Below are positions 48,881 to 60,100 of a stretch of 64,000 bases of DNA, in pieces; positions within the stretch are counted from its first letter, which is position 1; every line of letters begins with the position of its first letter. The DNA lies in NCBI GenBank assembly GCA_002269645.1, contig NIVC01000169.1, positions 434,001 to 498,000 of the forward strand. The letters run 5' to 3'. This stretch comes from Macrostomum lignano. Its lineage: Eukaryota. The position numbers and the translations under genes are program-made. The notes beneath the pieces are model-generated. The model was not told the origin of the DNA. It searched no databases and saw nothing but the letters and a program-made list of their open reading frames with translations.

Positions 48881-50200
48881 CTAGCAGCGGTACTTCCTCA
48901 CTCGCCCGTCCCTGCACCCGGTGTAGAGATGGTAAGCGTCCCAGGCCAGGCAGTAGACCGGATCGCAGTCCGGCCCAGTCAGCTGCATCAAAATCTCCGG
49001 CTGCTGGCTAGGCGCCAGGCTAAGTAGCGCGCAGGCGCCATTCTGGGCGCCAACGGCCAACCGGTCGGGTCGGCGCAGGAAGACGCCGCACAGCAGGGGG
49101 CCCAGCATCAGCAGCCGCTGCTCCTCGCCCACATGATCAACGTCGGCGACTTCTTCGAGAGACTCTGACGTCGTCTGTAGCCGGTCGAATCGCAGCGCCA
49201 GCAGGCGGCCGTCGGCGCATCCAACGGCGGCCAGCGCGGCGTCAGGCGTCGGCGCCGAGCAGACAAAATTCACAGCCGACGGCTGGCGACTCCGCCAGAC
49301 GGCGCGCCGCTGGCCAGCCAGGCCGTAGCAGACCAGCCAACCGGACTCGTGCCCGGCCAGGGCCGCTTTGCCAGCCGTGCCGATCTCCCGGTCGGACGCC
49401 GGCGCCGCCTCTGCCGGCAACAGCTGCGGCCCAGGCGTCACAAGGCACAGGCTGTTGACGGGATCTGGCGGGCTGGCCGCCTCCCCGTAGCTGGCGAGGC
49501 ACCGCTGCTGGCCGACATCCCAGAGTCGTACGACGCCGTCTCGACCAGCCGACACCAGATTTCGGCCGCGTTCGATTGGCGCCAGGCCGACTACGCCGCC
49601 GACGTGCCCGACAATGACGGCGGCGCAGGCGCCGGTGTCGCAGGCCCAAACGCGGATGCGGCAGTCGGCGCCGCCGCTCATAGCAACAATGCCCGAAGGG
49701 AAGAACCGGCAGGTGTACACGTCACCTGTGTGACCCTCCAGCCGGCGCCGCGGCTCGCCGGTGGCCGAGTCCCACACGAGGAGCCGGCCGGCTGCGTCTG
49801 AGGAGACGCCGATGCCGCCAGGCGTAACATCGATGCTGTTGACGGCCTTGCCCTGATGGAGCCCGTCTAGAGTAGTTTGCGGCGATTGGAACGTTGCCAA
49901 GTGGACGGCCTCACCGAAGGCGTAGCGCACGCACAGGCGACCCGGCTCCAGCAGGCTGAGTGTCAGCTTCACCGTAGCCGTCTCCCCATCTCCATCCTGC
50001 TGGTCCGCGACTTCGGCCGTCACCTGCTGCGCCGAGGCGGGCGGTCGGAGCGGAGAAATTCGAGCTCGGAAGGTCCGGCTGCTGCCGCTGCCGCCGCCAC
50101 CGCTGTCTGCGGGCCGCCGACGCTGGCGAACGTTGATCCAAATTGGCGCATCGTCAGCCAGCGACAAAGGCCAGTCGGGCTGCACGCTGATCTGCACGTC
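48881..50200 (-). CDS. PAAF1: Proteasomal ATPase-associated factor 1 (Rpn14-like WD40), single exon lacking its own ATG
   Basis: ISVQPDW resembles the PAAF1 N-terminal IQSDW; LEGHTGDVYTCRFFPSGIVAMSGGAD; IERGRNLVSAGRDG; YTGCRDGRVRKY end. Phase-0 acceptor ccccttgcag at 50201. Confidence 0.82.
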   Translation of the reverse strand, partial: DVQISVQPDWPLSLADDAPIWINVRQRRRPADSGGGGSGSSRTFRARISPLRPPASAQQVTAEVADQQDGDGETATVKLTLSLLEPGRLCVRYAFGEAVHLATFQSPQTTLDGLHQGKAVNSIDVTPGGIGVSSDAAGRLLVWDSATGEPRRRLEGHTGDVYTCRFFPSGIVAMSGGADCRIRVWACDTGACAAVIVGHVGGVVGLAPIERGRNLVSAGRDGVVRLWDVGQQRCLASYGEAASPPDPVNSLCLVTPGPQLLPAEAAPASDREIGTAGKAALAGHESGWLVCYGLAGQRRAVWRSRQPSAVNFVCSAPTPDAALAAVGCADGRLLALRFDRLQTTSESLEEVADVDHVGEEQRLLMLGPLLCGVFLRRPDRLAVGAQNGACALLSLAPSQQPEILMQLTGPDCDPVYCLAWDAYHLYTGCRDGRVRKYRC

Positions 50201-50286
50201 CTGCAAGGGGATTGGGATGCCTCTTGTATGCGATCCCGAATATTTCGTCTGCTCGCGACCTGCTCTCAATGCACTACTGCTAGTTC

Positions 50287-50580
50287 AGTAGTAATAATAC
50301 AATATTATGTGCAGATGTGCAACCGACAGCTCAGCCGCAGCTATTGCGCGGCGCATCTGAAGGCTGCGTACGGCTGTTCAGTCCAAGGACTGGGGGGTCG
50401 CCACGCGCATCCTCAATTACCCCAGCTAATGCTGGCACCCATTTAACAGCGGGGTGAACTGAAGCAATGCAGAGTTAAGTGTCTTGCTCAGGGACAAAAA
50501 CTGTTCCGAGTGGGATCGGGAATTGAACCCCCGACCTTTCAGTCGTGAGTTCGACGCTCTAACCCCCTTAGCAGCTTTCC
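50287..50580 (-). mobile_element. tRNA-derived SINE with CORE-like central domain
   Basis: Minus strand: A-box-like GGTTAGAGCG, B-box GGTTCAATTCC, then CCCTGAGCAAGACACTTAACTCT..CAGTTCACCCCGCTGTTAAATGGG (resembles the CORE/MIR core), ending in an (ATT/ACT)-type tail. Confidence 0.75.
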
Positions 50581-51172
50581 AAGCCTAAATTAGATAATGA
50601 CACATACCTTATAAAAAACTGAACAGAGAACAAAACTGTTTAGCCAAATCAATCACTAAACCGGTAATGATATGAGTAATTAATGATCAACTCGTATGTC
50701 AGATGGAAAACTGAGAGATGGAACGTTTAGTTAATGGTTGTCTAACTCTTATACCCCGTCCCGTGTATTAATTAGGAAGATTTTAATGAATTGGTGAATT
50801 CTATAATGGAACACAATTCGGTGTGTGCAGAGTCAGAGTAGGCTAAATTACAATATGAAGAAAAATAAAACAGCTAATAGTCACAGAATTTTTCACAAAG
50901 TTAAAATGATAAACCTACCTTGTGCGTACTATAAATTAGACAAAAGAAACAGAATGCAATTTATTATAATTTTTGAAGAGCTGGCGCGCGCATACAGGTG
51001 TCAGAATAAAACTGAATTTTCTCTCAAAATAATCAAGCATGCCACGAGAGTAGGGAAAAAACTAACAAAGTGCGTGGGTAGAAGGCCTAAATTTAAATGA
51101 AGTTTCGAATATTTCTCAAGTCAAGCTGAACTGACACCATAGCTTGTACAGTAGCTAGTACAATTTGAAGAA

Positions 51173-54100
51173 TCACAGGATAATTTGGTTTCTGTAGCTG
51201 CGATCCAACTCTTTGTGCGGCAGGACAATGGAATTGCGAACTATTGTCTCCGGTGCCACGGACACGTGCGAGCCTGAAGTGAAAATTCATATTGATAAAA
51301 TTAATGTGATATTCTCATAAAATATCAGCAGCGATACACTGAAGGGCCGGATAGGATAGGTTGGAGAGGGGGTGGCCGGGGAGGTGGTTGGAGAGGGGGT
51401 GGCCGGGGAGGTGGTTGGAGAGGATGGCCGGGGAGGTGGTTGGAGGGGATGGCCGGAGAGGTGGTTGGAGGGGATGGCCAGAGAGGTGGTTGGAGGGGAT
51501 GGCCGGGGAGGTGGTTGGAGGGGATGGCCAGAGAGGTGGTTGGAGGGGATGGCCAGAGAGGTGGTTGGAGGGGATGGCCAGAGAGGTGGTTGGAGGGGAT
51601 GGCCGGGGAGGTGGTTGGAGGGGATGGCCAGAGAGGTGGTTGGAGGGGATGGCCGGGGAAGTGGTTGGAGGGGATGGCCAGGGAGGTGGTTGGAGGGGAT
51701 GGCCGGGGAGGTGGCCGGAGAGGGGATTTATTACGAATCACGTATTACAGATTTTTTAGCGAAGCAACTTTTCGAAGTAAATTAGGAAGGAATGCTTTAT
51801 CTACTTAATGAGCAGTATTACCACATATATAAAAAACGTACTTTCGATTTCAAAAACCTTCCCTCCTCTACTCACCAATGACAGTGCATGACGGATTCAG
51901 CTGGCCCTTCTCATTAAACAAATCTTTCGTTTCAATTTTAGCAAACGGCTTGTTGGGATTCGGATCGGTTGGCGTGCCTTCAACCCGGGTCCATTCGCCA
52001 ATCGTAGCACTGGAGCCCAGCACGGCGAATAACACGCAGGCGTGGTCGCGCACTACGGCGCCTTGAAGCAGAATCGATTCGCGAACCCGAGCCCCGTTGC
52101 CAATGGTTACGAATCGTTCGACGGACACGTTGGGACCGAGCACGGCTGTGGGGCTCACAGTAGCGGTCGGATGAATGTACACGTTACCAATGATCTTGGG
52201 ACCGTCCGGGATTGACTGGGCGGTCGCCAACCGGTCTGGGTGGCTGGTGCGGTACAGCTCCAGCATGTGGCGGTTGGCATAAATGGCGGCTCTGGAGTTT
52301 GAGGCATGAAAAACCCTTGAATGCTTTAATAATTTAATCAATGACTGAAACACGTCAATCATATCGTTATCGTGTGTCGTGTGTCACGAAGCATTAAAAA
52401 ACTTTTTAATATTTCACTATCAATCACTGTTCCACGGACCCTCAGGTTATTTTAACACTGCTAAATACTGCGTTAGCTACATGTTCACAAAGTGCAAGCG
52501 AATGTTGCCCACTGCAAGGAGCGGAGAATATTGACTAGATTCACGGAGATTGAGTATTCTCCGCTCCCTGTATTAGCGGGACACGTTTTGTCTATGGTAG
52601 AAGAAGAAAGTGTTCAATCAACCCATGGATGAAGGAATAGAAAGGATTGCTCATCTGAAAGTGAGTCTATGGCCAAGACTTCCTTAAAATTGGGATATTC
52701 CCCCCCCATGAATTCCATTGGCTGCTTGAATTTAATAATAGTCCCCCTAATTTCTTACTTGCTGCAGTTTGTACGGGGGGAATTCCAAAGTCACGATTAA
52801 CGTTAGACATCTATAACTGCTTTCTTCCTTTGGGCTACGACGTTTAAGGGAAAGAAATTAGCATTTGAAACAAGAGAAAAGGTTATCTATGTTAATACTA
52901 CAGCTTAGCATGCGCGTTGAATTTCCCCCGCGTACAAGCTTCAGCCATTAAAAAATTGGGGGGGGGACTTATTAAATTCAAGCAGCCAATGGAATTCATA
53001 GGTGGGAATATCCCAATTTTAAGGAAGTCTTGGCCATAGACTCACTTTCAGATGAGCAATCCTTTCTATTCCTTCATCCATGAATCAACTCACTCTGGCT
53101 CACGGCGTTAATTTTATTGTCTAATGGCAGCGGAGGTTACTTAGTGAGAATCTCCGCTAGCAAAGCACTAGCGACATAGACAAGGCGTACAGGCAAAGTG
53201 GGATGCATAAAATTAATCTTTTTATTCGCGTGCTCTGCGACTGCTACAGCGGCACTTTGTCTTGAAATGTGTTTGTTTGTTGCTTTTACGTTCTTTCTTG
53301 TTTCTAATTTGCCTTTAACTCGATTTACTAAATGCATTTCGTGAGTTCAAATACGAATTCACCCGTTTCTTTTCTTTGAATGTTTTAGAGGGCCTGGGAT
53401 GCCAAATGGCACTATGATTCTGAAAAAACCCCAAGAACCTCTAGAGAAGGCATTAAGAAATGATATTATTGTATATTATTGTATTGAAGCTCTAGAACCT
53501 TTAGAACCTCAAGAACCTCTAGAGTAGGCATTAAGAAATGATATTATTGTATATTATTGTATTGAAGCTCTAGAACCTCCAGAACCTTAAGAACCTCTAG
53601 AGTAGGCATTAAGAAATGATATTATTGTATTGAAGCTCTAGAACCTCCAGAACCTTAAGAACCTCTAGAGTAGGCATTAAGAAATGATATTATTGTATAT
53701 TATTGCATTGAAGCTCTAGAACCTCCAGAACCTCAAGAACCTCTAGAGTAGGCATTAAGAAATGATATTATTGTATATTATTGTATTGAAGCTCTAGAAC
53801 CTCCAGAACCTCAAGAACCTCTAGAGTAGGCATTAAGAAATGATATTATTGTATATTATTGTATTGAAGCTCTAGAACCTCCAGAACCTTAAGAACCTCT
53901 AGAGTAGGCATTAAGAAATGATATTATTGTATATTATTGTATTGAAGCTCTAGAACCTCCAGAACCTCAAGAACCTCTAGAGTAGGCATTAAGAAATGAT
54001 ATTATTGTATATTATTGTATTGAAGCTCTAGAACCTCCAGAACCTCAAGAACCTCTAGAGTAGGCATTAAGAAATGATATTATTGTATATTATTGTATTG

Positions 54101-57100
54101 AAGCTCTAGAACCTTTAGAACCTCAAGAACCTCTAGAGTAGGCATTAAGAAATGATATTATTGTATATTATTGTATTGAAGCTCTAGAACCTCCAGAACC
54201 TCAAGAACCTCTAGAGTAGGCATTAAGAAATGATATTATTGTATATTATTGTATTGAAGCTCTAGAACCTTTAGAACCTCAAGAACCTCTAGAGTAGGCA
54301 TTAAGAAATGATATTATTGTATATTATTGTATTGAAGCTCTAGAACCTCCAGAACCTCAAGAACCTCTAGAGTAGGCATTAAGAAATGATATTATTGTAT
54401 ATTATTGTATTGAAGCTCTAGAACCTCCAGAACCTCAAGAACCTCTAGAGTAGGCATTAAGAAATGATATTATTGTATATTATTGTATTGATTATGCACT
54501 ATTCAAAGTACAAGGAGAAGACAAGGATGCTTCCGTGCCGCTGGCACAATTTGTTATTCGAGCGGCTGGCAATTAGACAGCTTAGCATGGTCCACATCAT
54601 TCAACGTACAGAGCCGAGAAACTATGAAGACTATGAAGTTCCTGAAACCGTAAATCACTCGCACTATCGCATCGTAAAACAGTGATTTTTGGCTCCATCC
54701 AGAACTGCAGAATGAACATAAGGTCTATAAGGCAAAGCCAGTAAACCTATATTTTCCAGCCAGCTTCATGCGCCGGTTACGATACTGTTAAATGTGAAAC
54801 TTCGAACAGTCAAGTAATGACGGCAGAGACTGTCTCCGGTTCAGATGTGGTTTCGTAAGTTTTCTTTTAAAAAGAAGCAAGAATGTTCAAGTGTGTGTGC
54901 ACTTCTGTTTTTGTAAACTTATTTCACTACCCTGCATTACTTTAGCTCCCGGGCAATTACTTTTGGCCATAGATATAAATTTATTGATCTGCCTGTTGTT
55001 GTATTTGTTAAATTTGACGCCTTCTTAACAAGAAATCAGTTGTCTAGACTTTGCTACGATCGCCTTGAAGTTAGGAGGCTCAGCCTGACTTCTAACCACA
55101 AATTAAGCGGTTAGTATTGTAATTTCTTGTAGATAAAAATGTCTGATGACGTTAATAAACTTGCGGACTCTAATAGTCAGAACTGCGCTAGCGGTGGCGG
55201 AGAAGGCGGCGAGGACGGTAAAAATTCAAACAGCAGCCACTGCTTGCCTACTGAGATTGAAATGATGCGGCCGAATCTTTTGGTGAGTTGCTGGGCTGCT
55301 TAGTGTTGAATTAGTGGATCCAGATCTGCTTTATGTGATATACGGATGTCTTAGCATCCATCACGATGTTTTCGATGAAAGCCAAAATGTAGTGGCAGCT
55401 GTATTTTGAGAAACACTGAGAAACAACCTAGATCTAGATACAGAAGGTGTTGAATGGTGTTTTTTAACAGGTTTAAACCCACTTATACCTTTAAGCTGCA
55501 CAAATATGCAGTATTAGCATGCTACCGCGTACAAGCAACCTTCATTTTTTAGACCATGGAAGATACAGAAACCGGATCGAAGAGTGATGAACACCTTACG
55601 AAGGTATTATGACAGTTTTTTGTTAGATTTTAGTTGGACATTTTAGGTTGGTTTAGGGGCAGGGTTAGGGCAAGGTTAGTGTTTAACCATAAAAGACTGG
55701 TGGTCGAATTGCTAAGATGTCAAGGCTCATGGAGGGGGTGAACTGCTGGGTTGTCAGGGTTCATGGGGGTATCTGAAATGCTGTGGCTGAAGGCTCATGG
55801 GGAATTGCTGAGATACCAAAACTTATGGGGGGATTGCTGAAATTCTGTGGCTCATGGGGGGATGGCCGATATGCTGTGACTCTAGGCACAGTTAGGGTTA
55901 GGGAGGATTAAACCATAAAATAACCACCCTGTCGAACATAAAAGATTATTTGTGGAAGCGCCAAGACTTCAAGGCTCATTTCGGAAATTGCTTTGATGCC
56001 AAGGCTCGGGGGGGATTACTATAATGCTGTGACTCTTGGGGGAGAATCACTGTGATGTCAACTCTTATGGGGAAAATTGTTGAGATGTCAAGACTCATGG
56101 GTGAATTTTAGGATATCAAAGCTCATGGGTGAGTTTTAAAATGTCAAAGCTCATGGGTGAGTTTTGAAATGTCAAGACTCATGGGTGAGTTCTAAAATGT
56201 CAAAGCTCATGGGTGAGTTTTGAGATGTCGAGGCTCATGCGTGAATTTTGAGATGTCAAGACTCATGGGTGAGTTTTGAGGATTCAAGGCTCATGGGGAT
56301 TTGTTGAGATGTCAAGGCTATAATGGGGAGTTGCTGAGATGTCAAGGCTTATGGGGGGGGGTTGCTGAGATGTCAAGGCTCGGGGAGGGAATTTCTGAAA
56401 TGCTGTGGCTCTTGGGGAGAATTGCTGAGATGCTAAGACCCACGGGGTAATCGATGAGATGCCAACACTTATGAGGGGGTTGCTGAAATGCCAAGAGTCA
56501 ACTGTAAGTGGTTGGTAGGTCAAGCCAAAGGTAGATCAAAGGAAGAGTTAAGGTTAAAGGGAGGCTTTGATACCAAGGCTTACAGGGGATGCTGATATCT
56601 TGGGAGCTAAATAGCTGGCTTTCAGGGCTGATGCTTTTGTGCTTTAAACATCATTTTCCTTAGAATATACTAACAATACAGGGTGAAAACAGTTTTCGTT
56701 TCTTTGTTGCCTCTCCAACAGGGGGGGGCGCTGATTGCTACATAGTAGCTCGTAAGAACGTTTAATCATATCGACTCTAAAGAGCTATGTTATTATTATT
56801 CGAATAATTCAACGTCTTTTGCTGCATTTTCAGTTGTCGAACCCGCCAACTGAATCGGCGGCAACGATGGACGTGGCTCCCGACAGGGCTGACTGGAACA
56901 TCGAGATGGAGCTGGACAGGTGAGTTTACTTATTTACTCTAAACAGTTTGTGACAGAAATCAACTGCATAGATTTCATAGTTTCCAGTGATTTTTTATTA
57001 TCAAACGCAAGAAAACGGGACTATTAAAGATCAATTAAATGCAGTTCCTTCTCAGATCAATGGGTTGGCATCCATGGAGCTTTTATTCCTATTAGAGTCG

Positions 57101-60100
57101 CAAGAGTAGGTTTCCTTGACATTCGTAATTTTGTACTATTAAGTTATTCTTTTTAAAATGTTGGCATGAACCATGATATGCTCAATTAAAAAAATCGTTG
57201 ACAAGAGCACAGTACCCTATCATCACAACAAAGCAGTTTGTCTCCCAGACCTGATGAAGCCGCGAAGCGAACCCGACTGACCAGCGCAGCCGGCGAGTCC
57301 GAGACGTCCAGCGCCTGCCAGGACGCGACGATTTTCGCTCACCTGACCGACGAGTCGGCCCGGCAAGACGGAGTTGACCGCTGCTCTCCAATGACAACAG
57401 AGGCGACGAGCAGCGACGAGAAGTCGGAGTTGGCATCTACCAGTCCGAGGATGAATTTAGGTGTTTCCGATAGGCGTCAGGGTGTCGAACCTGAAGCTTT
57501 GATTGGCCTGCAGCAGAAGCTGGAGCACAATGAAGAGGCTCTTCATCGCTTGATTGCTAGAGCAAGTGAAAGCGAAGGCCAGCAGACAGGCAACTTTTCT
57601 GATGATTCAGTGGAAAAGCGAGAGCAAATGTTGCAAGACGAGCGAGCTAGACTCAGAAAAGTTCTGAGCGAACTAGGACAAATGAGCCAAGAGATGAGAG
57701 AGTTGAATAGGCAACTGCAAGATGCAGAGGACAAGTTTGGCAATAAGATAAACGTCAGCACTCAAGATGATACTACGCCAATAAGCGACTCGCAGATCGC
57801 TGAGCTGCGACAGGAGCTCGCCGATGAGAGGCAGCGACTCATTCGGGCTCTGGCTGAGCTGGAGGACAGAAATAGTGAAATCGAGCGGTACAGGCAAGAG
57901 CTCGATGCGCTCACTCAGAGGCAGGAGAGCGAGACGGGCGTAATACGACTACAAGAACAGTTGGACTCTGAGAAACAATCTGCAAGCTCTCTTACCTCGG
58001 AGCTCAACTTGAAAATTGGACTTAATGAAGAGTTACAGGAGCAGCTGCGGAGCCTTCTGGAGTCAAGAAAGACTGATCACGAATATATCAAGACTCTTAA
58101 ACAGAGACTTACTGATAAAACACAGCATCTGATCGAAATGCAACAAGGACTGTCTAAAAAAGATGACCATATTGGTGAGCTGCAAGAGCAGCTGCGTAGT
58201 CTGTCCGAGACTAGGCGATGCGAGATTGAGCATCATAGCAAACAGATTAAGATCCTCAACACTCAAATCGATGATGCGACTGAACAAGTTTCAAAACTGA
58301 ATGAGACAAGACAGTTTAATATTGACCAACACAGTGAAACGACTGAGACCATGCAGGCTCAGCTTAAGGATGCAGCTGAAAAGATTGCTAGTCTGACCGA
58401 GTCCAAGCAGTTTGATGCTGATCAGTTCCATCAGCAAATAGAAAGAATGGAAGCTCAGCTGAAAGACGCAGGCCAACAGATTGCTAGTTTGACCAAATCG
58501 AAGCAGCTCGATACTGATCAATACCAGCAACAGATTGAAACATTGAAGGCTCAGCTCAAGGATGCAGTTGAACAGAGTAATACTGCCAAACAGATGACTA
58601 GCTTGACTGAGTCCAAGACGATCGATAATGATCAGTACAATCAACAGATTGAAAGAATGAATGCTGTGCTCAAGGATGCAGCTGAACAGATTTCTAGCCT
58701 TACTGAGTCCAAGAAGTTTGATGCTGACCGATCTCATCTACAGATAGAAGCAATGACGACTGAGCTCAAAGATGCAGCTGAGCAGATTGCTAATCTGACC
58801 CAGGCTAAGCAGCTCGATGCGGAGCAGTACAACCAACAGCTGGAAGCAATGAAGGCCCAGCTCAAAGATGCAGCCGAACAGATTGCCAGTTTGACAGAGT
58901 CAAAGCAGCTGGATGCTGACCAGTTTCATCAACAACTGGAAGCAATGAAGGCTGAGCTGACGGATGCAAATGGAAAGATTGCTAGCTTGACTGAGACCAT
59001 CAAGCTCGATACTGACCAACATCAGCAACAGATAGAGGCAATGACGACTGAGCTTAAAAATGCAGACCAGTACAATCAGCAGCTGGAAAGAATGAAGTCC
59101 GAGCTCAAGAATGCATCTGAAGAGATTTATAACCTGACTGAGTCGAAAAAGTTTGATGCTAATCAATACAATCAAGACATAGAAAGAATGAAAGCCGAAC
59201 TCAAGGATGCAGCTAAACAGATTGCTTGTCTGACCGAGTCTAAGCACCTTGATGCTCAACAGTTAGAAACACTGAAGGCTGATCTTAAGGATGCATTGGA
59301 ACAGATTGCTAGCCTGACTCAGTCCAAAAAGCATGATGCTGATCAGTACAATCAACAGATAGAAACTGTGAAGACTGAGCTCAAGGATGCAGTTGAACAG
59401 ATTTCCATCCTGACTGACTCCAGGCAGCTTGATGCGGAGCAGTACAACCAACAGCTGGAAGCAATGAAGACTAAGCTCAAGGATGCAGCTGAACAGATGG
59501 CCAGTTTGACAAAGTCAAAGCAGCTGGATGCTGACCAGTTCCATCAACAACTGGAAGCAATGAAGGCTGACCTGACGGATGCAAATGGAAAGATTGCTAG
59601 CTTGACTGAGACCATCAAGCTCGATACTGACCAACATCAGCAACAGATAGAGGCAATGAAGGCTGAGCTTAAGAATGCATCTGAAAAGACTGCGCATCTA
59701 ACCGAGTCCAAGCAGCTTGATGCGGACCAGTACAATCAACAGCTGGAAGCAATGAAGGCTGAGCTCAAAGATGCAGTTGAACAGATTGCCAGTTTGACAG
59801 AGTCAAAGCAGCTGGATGCTGATCAGTTCCATCAACAACTGGAAACAATGAAGGCTCAGGTCAAGGATGCAACTGAAAAGATCGCTAGCCTTACTGAGTC
59901 TAAGCAGCTTGATGCGGAGCAGTACAATCAACAGCTCGAAACAATGAAGTCTGAGCTTAAGAGTGCATCTGAACAGATAGCTACACTGATTGAGTCTAAG
60001 AAGCATGATGCTGATCAATACAATCAACAGCTGGAAACAATGAAAGCTGAGCTCAAGGATGCAGCTGAACAGATTGCTAGTCTGACCGCGTCCAAGCAGC

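Noticed and set aside
50500-50580. Functional tRNA gene
   Set aside because: No pairing acceptor stem; it continues into a SINE-like body and tail.
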